A stretch of DNA of 64,000 nt from an uncultured Anaerovorax sp. (GCA_964582545.1 CAZOSB010000004.1:3247-67246), one strand, 5' to 3'. Shown: positions 1 through 7,937, numbered from the stretch's first letter. The notes: generated by a model from the sequence alone, not told the origin. Translations and numbers: made by a program.

Positions 1-2258
1 GCATAAGTGGCCGTAATCATTTCATACTGCTCATCGTGTACTCTTATGTAATTAACCGTAGACTTATCACCGTTCAGATATCTGGCAGGTCTGTCATAAT
101 CCGTAAATAATTGGTTAACCGTCAAGTTTGCAATTTTTCCATCTTCTGCATAAAGATTGTTCACGATAATAGTCTGAGCAATTGCCGTTCCATCAATTTC
201 TACTTGGCCAGAAATTTTATATTTTCTAGCAATAGAATCATAATAGATCGCAGGTTTCATCACCCCATCTACTAAGCTAGACATCTCAAAAACATCACTG
301 TTAAAAGTGGCCTCCGAAAGGCCATCTGTGCGTTTAATTTGCAAACCATTTTTTCGGGTGATAGACACCCCGTAGTACCAACTTCCTAAACCAACTTTTG
401 ATTGTATTTGTCTAGAAAACTGACCCTTATACGGAAATTCGCTATCTATTTCATTGAAAATTGGATATCCAACATCCGCTATCATGCTAGGAGCTTTAAA
501 GCGCATTTGAATAATTTCACTTTTAAAATTAGATCCATCTGGAAGAGCAACAGAAAGCTTCGAACCAATTTCAATTCCAGGTATGATTTCCGCACCTCTG
601 CTTTCATATGGCACCGCCCTATAGCTTTGCAATTTGCCCCAGACATAATTTGTAATGGCTTGGGTTGCATATGGATTATATATCTCGTACACGCTTTCCT
701 CTTCCCCTGCTAAGAAGTAATCGCCCTCTTCAGACCAGACCATTTTTATGCCCGAATAGTTGTATGGTTCCCCTTTAATCAAATCAAAGGTTTGCTCCGC
801 TGTAATAATGTGATTACTACTAGTGTCAATAGTCCAAAGAGCTAGCTTCCCATGGTTGTTAATGTAAAATGAGCCAGCATGAGCGGAAGCAATGTGCATC
901 AGGACCTCCCGCATTGTCAACTCGTTAGGATATTCAATAAAAAAGTTTGAATTGAGTTGCACACTTTCGTCAACCTCAAACCCACATTCACTCACAATAT
1001 ACTGCAGCGCCGTTAGCATAGTCATGGGATATTCTCTGTTTTCCTTAGGCATAATAAAGAGGCGTTCTGCAAAAAGCATTTTATCAAAACACTCTACAGT
1101 AAGTACTCCTTGGCTATCTTTTCGAGTATCAATGTAAAACGTCCCTAATGGTTGCCAATGTTCCAAATTTGCTTTTACAGCAATTCTTACTTCAGCGTTT
1201 CTGGGCGGGTTAATACTAGGCTCAAAGACAACTTTACAAGCTGCCGATTGAGCCGTTCCAAGCTGAAATTTATCCCCACTAAATAGAGATCTGTTGATTT
1301 CTAAACTGTAAATATCATTTGAATTATGTTCTACCCCAGAAACAGTGATTTTATAATCGCTCTCAGGCTCTACAGATTCAAGGCTTTTTACCTGTAGGAT
1401 TACACTGTTTGATACTGACGGATTGCTTTTGCTTGATACCATTATTTGAGCAGTACCCACGTTTACCGCCTTTAATAATCCGTCTGTAACTGTGGCTATT
1501 CTTTGATTATTGCTTTGCCAAATTAAATCATGGCTAGGCACCCCTATCGGTACGATTTCAACGTTAAATTGATGAGTACTTCCCTTTTGAATTTCAGCAA
1601 TTTTGTTAATAATGGTCACTGCAGTAGCCTCAGCGGTGTATGGTTCCACTGGTGGAGTAAAGTCTGCTGTCCAGCGCTCTACATTTGAAAGCCTAAATTC
1701 ATCTATCCATTCACTATATGCGGTGCCGGATAGTTCTCCGCCCCCAATAGAAAAATTTTTTGACCCCATAGGATTGCTAACAAAAGGTGTTGTCAATGTA
1801 GTACATAACTTTCCATTAATATATATCTTAATAGAAGTTTGATTTTTCACTACAGCAATATGATACACTGTAGAAGAAATCAAGGGAATATCAGGTTGAA
1901 GTAATATTCCATAGATTGTTATATATAATTTAGATGACGAAATAATTATATCAAACAGATCTGAAATATTTGCACCTGTAGAATTTGCCATAGAACATAG
2001 TATTTTACTTGTTTCTAATGCTAGTGGTGTTTTCATCCAAAAATCAACTGTAAAACAATCTCCCAAAAACACATCTTGCACTTGCATTTTAGGGATTAAT
2101 ACACGATTAGCATTATTTGAAACAGTTAATCCTTGATTAAATTTGCTTGTTACATAACTTGGAGATGCCGATGTAACCGTCAGCGGGTTAAAACTACTGT
2201 CTGTCAAATTGCCATCAAAGTGCAACATTAGTATAGTATTTTCATCTATTCCTGCCAT
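1..2258 (-). CDS. Phage tail tip / tail-associated (Tal-like) protein with N-terminal LamG-like and Big_2-like domains. The C-terminus is outside the window.
   Basis: Absent from the supplied track because it has no stop codon in the window. Manual reverse translation from the ATG at 2258 (MAGIDENTILMLHFDGNLTDSS...) stays open to position 1, about 752 codons. It shows a LamG/concanavalin-like signature (LHFDG, FTVDFWMK, YHIAVV..IYINGKL, IDEFRLS). A Big_2-like segment follows (ATVTDGLLKAVNVGTAQIMVSS), then a tail-tip-like body. It starts 1 nt after the stop of the upstream gene. Confidence 0.75.
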   Translation of the reverse strand, partial: MAGIDENTILMLHFDGNLTDSSFNPLTVTSASPSYVTSKFNQGLTVSNNANRVLIPKMQVQDVFLGDCFTVDFWMKTPLALETSKILCSMANSTGANISDLFDIIISSSKLYITIYGILLQPDIPLISSTVYHIAVVKNQTSIKIYINGKLCTTLTTPFVSNPMGSKNFSIGGGELSGTAYSEWIDEFRLSNVERWTADFTPPVEPYTAEATAVTIINKIAEIQKGSTHQFNVEIVPIGVPSHDLIWQSNNQRIATVTDGLLKAVNVGTAQIMVSSKSNPSVSNSVILQVKSLESVEPESDYKITVSGVEHNSNDIYSLEINRSLFSGDKFQLGTAQSAACKVVFEPSINPPRNAEVRIAVKANLEHWQPLGTFYIDTRKDSQGVLTVECFDKMLFAERLFIMPKENREYPMTMLTALQYIVSECGFEVDESVQLNSNFFIEYPNELTMREVLMHIASAHAGSFYINNHGKLALWTIDTSSNHIITAEQTFDLIKGEPYNYSGIKMVWSEEGDYFLAGEEESVYEIYNPYATQAITNYVWGKLQSYRAVPYESRGAEIIPGIEIGSKLSVALPDGSNFKSEIIQMRFKAPSMIADVGYPIFNEIDSEFPYKGQFSRQIQSKVGLGSWYYGVSITRKNGLQIKRTDGLSEATFNSDVFEMSSLVDGVMKPAIYYDSIARKYKISGQVEIDGTAIAQTIIVNNLYAEDGKIANLTVNQLFTDYDRPARYLNGDKSTVNYIRVHDEQYEMITATY

Positions 2259-2259
2259 C

Positions 2260-2637
2260 TCACACCTCTACGATCTGGAAGTCAATTCCTGCCCACTGAA
2301 TCTGCCCATTGTCCAAGTTCGTCGACATATGGGTAGTAGGTACGTTATCACTGTAGCATTTCGCCACTATCAATGCCTCTCGCCTTGGACACCAATACTC
2401 CACTTGGATATATTCAGGATAAATTGCTCTTAATAGAATCTTTGTCTGCCCTTCGGTTAAAGGCTTACAGGATATGTCAATTTTATGTTTTACTCCCACT
2501 CTGTCACGGCGGTAGCTTCCGGCCAGGGTTCGGCCTGCGCCGGACCCCTCCTGATCATTTCGTGAAATTTGATATCCGCCTGCTTTTATAAACGGCGTAA
2601 AATCATTTCCATCTATTTTTAAAAACACTCTACTCAT
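2260..2637 (-). CDS. Small phage tail protein, putative minimal distal tail protein (Dit-like, N-domain size)
   Basis: 125 aa. It sits between the tape measure and tip protein genes. Its ATG overlaps the tape measure stop (ATGA at 2634-2637). The assignment is by position only. Confidence 0.45.
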   Translation of the reverse strand: MSRVFLKIDGNDFTPFIKAGGYQISRNDQEGSGAGRTLAGSYRRDRVGVKHKIDISCKPLTEGQTKILLRAIYPEYIQVEYWCPRREALIVAKCYSDNVPTTHMSTNLDNGQIQWAGIDFQIVEV

Positions 2638-4016
2638 ACGCTTAAAATTGTTCCTCCTGTCTGCCGCATGGCATTATTTTGATATTTTGTAACCACTCCG
2701 GAAAGAGTTTTTCCGTCGATAGTCAAATCTTTCTCCCGAATGGCCATGAGAATCTGTTTTAACAAAACGGTCAATTCACCATTGCCATTTTCCGTTAATA
2801 CCTGTGCCATAGCTTCTTTCATCGTGGACAAAGGAGAAACCACCTCTGTTTCTCGCTTGTTATCCCCTAAGATTGCTAAAAATTCTCGATTGGGTGGCAC
2901 TACTGCACCGGATGCCAAGGCAGGAATCTGCGGAACCTTGATTTCTCCAATCCAAGAGAAGGGCGAAAGACCTAAAATACTAACGCCTCTGATTCTTCGC
3001 AATGCCCCATTAAGCCCATCAAAAGGAACCTTGATGATTCGGTTAATTCCATTGATAATGGCATTTACTACTGTTTTTAATCCTGATAGAATCCCCTCTT
3101 GAATTCCCTGAAAGATTTGTCCTCCAGCAGAAAACACAGCCCTTACGGCCTCCCACGCAGCTGTAAACTGATCCCTGAACCAATTGGATACGTTAGAAAA
3201 TATATTTTTAATACCCTCCCAAAGTCCTTTAAATACTTCAATAACGGTTTCTACCATGCTCTTGACACCTTCAAAAAGTCCTAGCATTATCATATTCCCT
3301 ATTTCCATCATAACAGTTGAAGGGGAATGAATTCCGAAGAAGTCCTTTATGCCATTTACAAGAGGTCTAGCAACGTTTTCTATTATCCAACCATATGGAT
3401 TTGTTAAAAGGTACAGAATCCCATTCAAAAATCCCACTATGAGATCTTCACCACACGTATTAAATATGTCATACAAATGATCTGATAAATTTGATTCTTT
3501 GTTATTAAAAAAATCCGTTATTTTATTCCAATTTGAAATTATAGCGGCAATTAAAGCAATTACTCCAATTGCTATTGCTGCAAAAACAATTGGTATAAAA
3601 AGACTAAAAATAGCAATTATTCCAACAATAATCGAAATTAAAATAGAAAACGTTTCAAAAAATGATTTGTTTTCTTTATCACAATTGCATAAAGCACCAC
3701 TATATGCGGTCTGGAAGGATTCTACAGCAGTTGTCATCTCTTGGGACATTAATGTGACCGCATCCCGCATTTCAACCATTATCTGATATACGGAATTAAA
3801 GTATTGCCAATTTAATGACATCATTAGTAAAATATGTTCACTTATATTTGTAAAAACATTCATTAGTCCGTTTCCTACATCACTTACTATTGAATAAATG
3901 GTGCTGCACGTTTGCTTTATGCTTTTTTCCATATCCTTTAATTGTTTGTTTAGGTTTCCTGTAGATAAATTTACATTTAAGATTAATTCGCCTGAGCTTC
4001 CTGTTTTATTTGCCAT
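2634..4016 (-). CDS. Phage tail tape measure protein (short, about 460 aa)
   Basis: The N-terminal half looks helical. There is a central hydrophobic block (FSILISIIVGIIAIFSLFIPIVFAAIAIGVIALIAAII) and a G-rich helical C-terminal half. The position downstream of the chaperone genes is canonical. The start was moved to ATG 4016 (MANKTGSS), which follows AAAGGAGGT. The track start at 4046 overlaps the upstream gene. Confidence 0.75.
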   Translation of the reverse strand: MANKTGSSGELILNVNLSTGNLNKQLKDMEKSIKQTCSTIYSIVSDVGNGLMNVFTNISEHILLMMSLNWQYFNSVYQIMVEMRDAVTLMSQEMTTAVESFQTAYSGALCNCDKENKSFFETFSILISIIVGIIAIFSLFIPIVFAAIAIGVIALIAAIISNWNKITDFFNNKESNLSDHLYDIFNTCGEDLIVGFLNGILYLLTNPYGWIIENVARPLVNGIKDFFGIHSPSTVMMEIGNMIMLGLFEGVKSMVETVIEVFKGLWEGIKNIFSNVSNWFRDQFTAAWEAVRAVFSAGGQIFQGIQEGILSGLKTVVNAIINGINRIIKVPFDGLNGALRRIRGVSILGLSPFSWIGEIKVPQIPALASGAVVPPNREFLAILGDNKRETEVVSPLSTMKEAMAQVLTENGNGELTVLLKQILMAIREKDLTIDGKTLSGVVTKYQNNAMRQTGGTILSV

Positions 4017-4020
4017 ACAC

Positions 4021-4581
4021 TTACCTCCTTTCACCGAAAATTTCATCTATCATCTGCTGCTCTTCCTCCGATACCTTATTCTGAAGAAAAAGAATTTCCG
4101 GATGATGATCTCTAAATTCTCGTTCATGTTTTTCTAATTTTTTTCCTTTTTTGATCTTTTCCCGGATACTACAAACAAAGGAAAATTGTCCTTCCCCGAT
4201 TTCAAAGAAAGCGGAGACAAAGTCCCACCAATGGAGATATGGGATTGAGCGAATGGGTTGACCATACACTTTGCTGACGGCTGCGGTAATCATGTGAGAA
4301 TCTTGCTCCCAGTCATAAAGTTTCTTAACGTGATTTTTTGAATCCGTTTCTTGACCTAAATTTATAAACTGACACATAGCTTCCCATGCATCCTGATAAT
4401 TCTTCACACTGCCTAAATCTTCATAAAAAATGTTCATTGCCACATAAACCCGTTCATTTCCCATAAGCCCTTCAGTATTTAAACCTTGATTATTCAGGGC
4501 GGATATTGCATCCAATACCGCCCTGTAATCGCCTTTGCCGCGAATTTCACAACCATTTAAACTGATAGGTAACTCATACAT
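4021..4581 (-). CDS. Phage Gp15-like protein / tail assembly chaperone-like
   Basis: 186 aa, directly upstream of the tape measure gene. The sequence pattern (MYELPISLNG..RAVLDAISALN) recalls the Gp15 family of Firmicute siphophages, from memory. Its ATG abuts the upstream stop (TAAATG). Confidence 0.5.
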   Translation of the reverse strand: MYELPISLNGCEIRGKGDYRAVLDAISALNNQGLNTEGLMGNERVYVAMNIFYEDLGSVKNYQDAWEAMCQFINLGQETDSKNHVKKLYDWEQDSHMITAAVSKVYGQPIRSIPYLHWWDFVSAFFEIGEGQFSFVCSIREKIKKGKKLEKHEREFRDHHPEILFLQNKVSEEEQQMIDEIFGERR

Positions 4582-5031
4582 TTACTTTTCTCCCGGATGT
4601 TTCTTGTACTTTGCGGGAGTTGCTTTGTTTATTCGCTTTTGTAAGGCTTTTGCTTCTTTTTCAATGCTGTCTTCATATGCAGCCAACAGGCCTTCCACAA
4701 TCACCTCATAACGACACTTGCCCCCCAGAACATCCAACATACCTGCATTTCCTGCACAGGACTCCGATACTGGACCATCGAAGACATGATCGATCTTTTC
4801 TCTCATCTGGCTATTCAATGATTGTAAGGTAAGTGCCACTTCATTAAAATCTTCTTTCTCCGAGGCCAGACTAAGCTTTTGCGCCTCTTCTTTTAAAGAT
4901 TCCAAATCCCCAAATACTTCCTTTAATCTAACGATGACGTTAAAATCGTTGGGATCAAGTTCTACAGTGTTTCCATTGCTTAAGGTAAATGATTTTTTCC
5001 CTTTGCCAATCTGCAATATTTTTTCAGTCAT
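4582..5031 (-). CDS. Putative tail assembly chaperone
   Basis: 149 aa, acidic and apparently helical. It lies between the major tail and Gp15-like genes. A GAGGAGGG Shine-Dalgarno sequence precedes it. Assigned by position. Confidence 0.4.
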   Translation of the reverse strand: MTEKILQIGKGKKSFTLSNGNTVELDPNDFNVIVRLKEVFGDLESLKEEAQKLSLASEKEDFNEVALTLQSLNSQMREKIDHVFDGPVSESCAGNAGMLDVLGGKCRYEVIVEGLLAAYEDSIEKEAKALQKRINKATPAKYKKHPGEK

Positions 5032-5082
5032 AAATAAGTACCCTCCTCAATTTAAATCAAATGATTTCTTATGTTCTGCAAA

Positions 5083-5610
5083 TTATTCAGCCTCTGTAAA
5101 GACAGGATTCTTTAAGCTGTCTACAGTACCAAATACACGATTTCCAGAGAAATTCACCTGCATAGGCATATCCAAATAAGAGGATCCTCCTAAAGATGTA
5201 GGCGTAATGGTACAGCCCATATCATAGTGAGCGGTAGCTTTTTCTGCTTCACCTATCAATTGATAAGCTCTCATTACCGTGAAGTTTGACAGCTCGCTGT
5301 AAGCCCTTCGAAGGGTAATATCCAACAGAATTGCGTTTAATTTCTGTCCCCCTTTGAGGGTATTGGGTTCTAAGGTTTGCTGCTCTTCAAATTTGTTGAT
5401 TAAAGTTTCCGTGTAACCTAGAATATCCGTGGTGGTAGCAATATCCGCGTTGAGTTCTACTGAGCTTTCCTCAATGCCGGCCCCTAGGATTTCCCATTCT
5501 GGGATCCAATTGGTATCTTGTGGCTTTTTACCGGAAACATCCACGTAAGTGGCCATCAGTTTTCTTTCTGCTTTTTGATTCTCCATCAAGTTAAATTGTT
5601 TGTTAGACAT
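5083..5610 (-). CDS. Phage major tail protein
   Basis: 175 aa. The size, position and composition are typical of siphovirus major tail (tube) proteins. Confidence 0.6.
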   Translation of the reverse strand: MSNKQFNLMENQKAERKLMATYVDVSGKKPQDTNWIPEWEILGAGIEESSVELNADIATTTDILGYTETLINKFEEQQTLEPNTLKGGQKLNAILLDITLRRAYSELSNFTVMRAYQLIGEAEKATAHYDMGCTITPTSLGGSSYLDMPMQVNFSGNRVFGTVDSLKNPVFTEAE

Positions 5611-5672
5611 TTTTTCTTCCTTTCTCTCTTTTGTAATACAATAATTATTTTTTGTTCTTACTTCAGCAAAGC

Positions 5673-6140
5673 TTACAATGCCTTGCTGAAATCTACATAC
5701 TCTATTCGTATCTGAATAGAATACTTAGCCAGCTCCGGTGTTTTTACACTCGGTTTTGCATTTCCAAAAAGGACTTCCACCTTCTCAACCTTACAATGCT
5801 GACCAAAGTTGGGATAATTTCGGTTCTGCTCTTGAGCTTCTACCCACTGAATTAGATTTTCTACTTCGTAAAGCTTTTTCATATTTCTGGTGGGCTCCGG
5901 CTCAGCACATTCCACCGGTTGTCGCGAAATTTCCGCAAAGGAATATAAGGCTAGCGAATAGGATTTCAGTTCTGATCCATCGATAAACTGTTTTTCCTTT
6001 ATTTTGTTCGGTTTGGGTACAAACAACAGGTTTCCCGCCTGCTCTTTCCCAAAGATGGTATACAATCGCTGAATCTCGGGATTTTGTTTCAGCCACTCTA
6101 CCACTGCCTGATTGAGGTCAGGTCTTTCTTTCATATGCAT
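5673..6140 (-). CDS. Putative tail completion / tail terminator or head-tail joining family protein
   Basis: First structural gene of the module. The start was moved to ATG 6140 (MHMKERPD), preceded by GGAGGAGGG. The longer track ORF (to 6194) would read through an intrinsic terminator hairpin. Confidence 0.4.
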   Translation of the reverse strand: MHMKERPDLNQAVVEWLKQNPEIQRLYTIFGKEQAGNLLFVPKPNKIKEKQFIDGSELKSYSLALYSFAEISRQPVECAEPEPTRNMKKLYEVENLIQWVEAQEQNRNYPNFGQHCKVEKVEVLFGNAKPSVKTPELAKYSIQIRIEYVDFSKAL

Positions 6141-6170
6141 CCCTCCTCCAATATTTCTTACCATGGCCAT

Positions 6171-6200
6171 GGAAAAAGCGGTGCCACACTGCACCGCTTT
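6171..6200 (-). terminator. Rho-independent terminator in the leader of the tail module
   Basis: On the minus strand: AAAGCGGUGC-AGUGUG-GCACCGCUUU followed by UUCC. This gives a GC-rich 7-10 bp stem and a run of 5 U. It ends 31 nt upstream of the first tail gene start. Confidence 0.7.
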
Positions 6201-6334
6201 CTATGGTAAAAGTCATTTAGAATTTGCAAATTGCATCTGCCCTTTCCAGTAAGTTCTTATAACTTTCACCGATATCATCTTAGCACAGCTCTTTTGTTAC
6301 GTGTGTTTCAATATGTAGTTTTTAGAAAAATCTT

Positions 6335-6763
6335 TTATCCGCACCGTTTCTTGAAAAAACGATGAATTTTTACGCCGATTGCTTCTCTGCTGTATCCCAG
6401 CTCTTGTGCAATCTCTTGCTGAGTCATACCTCGGTAGTAATACATCCTGAGGATCGTTCTAATCTCAGAACCCTCCACGCTGTCCAACCATTCTTCCATA
6501 ATTTGCACTTGGTTGCTTAAAGACTCCAGCTTCCCTTCCAACTTCTTTCTCAACTTTCGACTCTTCTCCGGATCTACTCCTCTGATCTCAACTCTACGCT
6601 TCGTATAAGGGAATTCGCTTCTGCTTCCTGTTACGCAATCAGAAACCACCGGCAGATTTTTCAAATCTTCCTGTAAACTTCTAATTTCATATTTTACGGA
6701 ACGTAATTGCTCTAAATCTTGTCTTGTCATGATCTTGTGTATGATGTATCTGTAATTAAACAC
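6335..6763 (-). CDS. Phage late-gene regulator-like protein with a C-terminal sigma-70 region 4-type HTH
   Basis: The C-terminus (RTILRMYYYRGMTQQEIAQELGYSREAIGVKIHR) matches the sigma region 4 / RinA-ArpU-like HTH pattern. The N-terminus appears to be coiled coil. The start is either GTG 6763 (7 nt after GAGGAGGAGA) or ATG 6730. Confidence 0.55.
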   Translation of the reverse strand: MFNYRYIIHKIMTRQDLEQLRSVKYEIRSLQEDLKNLPVVSDCVTGSRSEFPYTKRRVEIRGVDPEKSRKLRKKLEGKLESLSNQVQIMEEWLDSVEGSEIRTILRMYYYRGMTQQEIAQELGYSREAIGVKIHRFFKKRCG

Positions 6764-6847
6764 ATCATAATCTCCTCCTCTTTTTTTATTTTTTCTAAGA
6801 AAATTGAATTTATTATTTATTTTTCTTAATTTCTAAGAATTTATTTA

Positions 6848-6876
6848 ATATTATTCTATAATTTTAAGATTGTCAA
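6848..6876 (-). promoter_or_regulatory. Sigma-A type promoter for the regulator/tail transcription unit
   Basis: On the minus strand: TTGACA (6876-6871), 17-nt spacer, TAATAT (6853-6848). Confidence 0.55.
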
Positions 6877-6912
6877 TTATTTTTTCTTAAATTCTTAGAA
6901 AAAATAATTGAC
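6872..6912. promoter_or_regulatory. Perfect 16-bp inverted repeat covering both divergent -35 boxes (probable operator)
   Basis: GTCAATTATTTTTTCT (6872-6887) and AGAAAAAATAATTGAC (6897-6912) are exact reverse complements with a 9-bp spacer. Three TTCTWAGAA boxes lie at 6793-6801, 6831-6839 and 6892-6900. Confidence 0.6.
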
Positions 6913-6936
6913 TTCATTTTTCATATGAGATACAAT
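6908..6936 (+). promoter_or_regulatory. Sigma-A type promoter for the XRE/ImmA-like operon
   Basis: TTGACT (6908-6913), 17-nt spacer, TACAAT (6931-6936). The start codon is 26 nt downstream, preceded by GAGGTGA. Confidence 0.6.
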
Positions 6937-6961
6937 TAAATCAGAAGAAATGAGGTGACCC

Positions 6962-7408
6962 ATGAAAAAATATATCGGTGAAACTCTGAAAGCTCAGCGA
7001 AGTAAATCCGGTATTTCTGTAAAGCAAATCTCCGACCTCCTCTCACGGGAAGGATTGAAGGCTTCAGAAAAAACCATTTATAGTTGGGAATCGGGAAACA
7101 GCCAACCCACTCCCGACGCTTTCCTGCTCATGTGCCGAACTTACGAAATAGATGATATTCTATCGACCTTTGGTTACTATTCCGAAGAAGGAAAAGGTCT
7201 ACAATCCTTGCAAGAGCGAATCTTGCTGAGAAAATACCACAGTCTAAACCAGTTAGGTCAGTCCAAGATCCATGAATATCTGGATGATCTTGTTCACTCG
7301 GGAAAATATGAAATGGCACAGGATCTTCTTATGCCCATAGCCGCCCACAACGATGACTGTTCACCGGAACAATTAGAACTGATGCGGCAGGACTTGGAGG
7401 AATTATAA
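6962..7408 (+). CDS. XRE-family (cI-like) HTH transcriptional repressor
   Basis: N-terminal HTH_3 pattern (LKAQRSKSGISVKQISDLL...EKTIYSWESGNSQP). It is divergent from the tail module. Confidence 0.8.
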   Translation: MKKYIGETLKAQRSKSGISVKQISDLLSREGLKASEKTIYSWESGNSQPTPDAFLLMCRTYEIDDILSTFGYYSEEGKGLQSLQERILLRKYHSLNQLGQSKIHEYLDDLVHSGKYEMAQDLLMPIAAHNDDCSPEQLELMRQDLEEL

Positions 7409-7427
7409 CGTTGATAAAACAAGGGGG

Positions 7428-7832
7428 ATGATTTTATTGGCAATAACGTATGAAGAATTGTTGCAAGAAGCATCAGACGAAGGGGTTCACGTTGTTGAAA
7501 AGCATTTTAAATCCAATGCGAAGGGCTTATGTAAAGGAAATAAAATTGCTGTAAACAAAAAAATTTTAACAAAGCAAGAGAAAAAATGTATTTTGGCAGA
7601 AGAAATGGGTCATTATTACACCACCGTAGGGGATATTTTGCCCCAAGACAACATTGCCCACCTGAAGCAAGAATATACGGCCAGAAAGTGGGCCTATGGT
7701 AAATTAATTCCCATAGAAGATATTTTAAATGCCATCAGCAGCGGGCACGGAGAAACCTTCAGCATGGCAGAATTTTTAGATGTGGATGAGAATTTTCTAC
7801 AAGATTGTCTCAAATATTATGGTTTTTTATAA
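7428..7832 (+). CDS. ImmA/IrrE-like (M78 metallopeptidase family) protein with a degenerate zinc motif
   Basis: 134 aa, immediately downstream of the XRE gene as in ImmR/ImmA pairs. The motif region reads LAEEMGHYY, so it is EEXXH rather than HEXXH. The start may be ATG 7428 or TTG 7437. Confidence 0.55.
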   Translation: MILLAITYEELLQEASDEGVHVVEKHFKSNAKGLCKGNKIAVNKKILTKQEKKCILAEEMGHYYTTVGDILPQDNIAHLKQEYTARKWAYGKLIPIEDILNAISSGHGETFSMAEFLDVDENFLQDCLKYYGFL

Positions 7833-7900
7833 AAAGTCTTAAAAAAACCTTTACCACATGTCCCCTTTTATGATACACTACTAACCATTACAACTTTATA

Positions 7901-7937
7901 AGACAGTTCGCAACCATCCTGTCTCAAAACAAAACTA
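7901..7937 (+). promoter_or_regulatory. preQ1-I riboswitch aptamer
   Basis: AGACAGUUCGCAACCAUCCUGUCUCAAAACAAAACUA. It has a 5-bp P1 (GACAG/CUGUC), a UUCGCAACCAUC loop and an A-rich tail. This closely resembles known preQ1-I aptamers as I recall them. It lies upstream of a YhhQ-family queuosine-precursor transporter gene. Confidence 0.7.

Larger units (their letters stand above)
1..7832. mobile_element. Prophage-derived siphovirus tail gene cluster without head genes, carrying its own regulatory switch (defective prophage or F-type tailocin candidate). The left end is outside the window.
   Basis: Co-directional minus-strand genes: tail-completion-like, major tail, two chaperone-like, tape measure, Dit-like and tip/fibre. 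They are preceded by a sigma-70-region-4-like regulator and a divergent XRE plus ImmA-like pair. No capsid, portal, terminase, integrase or replication genes occur in these 7.8 kb. The right edge abuts the host preQ1 riboswitch-yhhQ locus. Confidence 0.7.

Noticed and set aside
2740-3102. Numerous antisense or out-of-frame track ORFs nested in long genes (for example 2740-3102, 11294-11746, 17401-17757, 23315-23608, 30321-30677, 42987-43331, 51412-51723)
   Set aside because: Each lies wholly inside a longer ORF with recognisable family motifs. They lack Shine-Dalgarno sequences and have shadow-frame composition.
4570-4640. Programmed -1 frameshift between the two tail chaperone-like ORFs, as in gpG/gpGT
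   Set aside because: The two ORFs abut as TAAATG with no overlapping extended frame. I saw no X XXY YYZ slippery heptamer near the end of the upstream ORF.
5673-6194. Longer N-terminal version of the first tail gene (track ORF starting at 6194)
   Set aside because: The extension would be translated through the intrinsic terminator hairpin and has no Shine-Dalgarno sequence. ATG 6140 is preceded by GGAGGAGGG.
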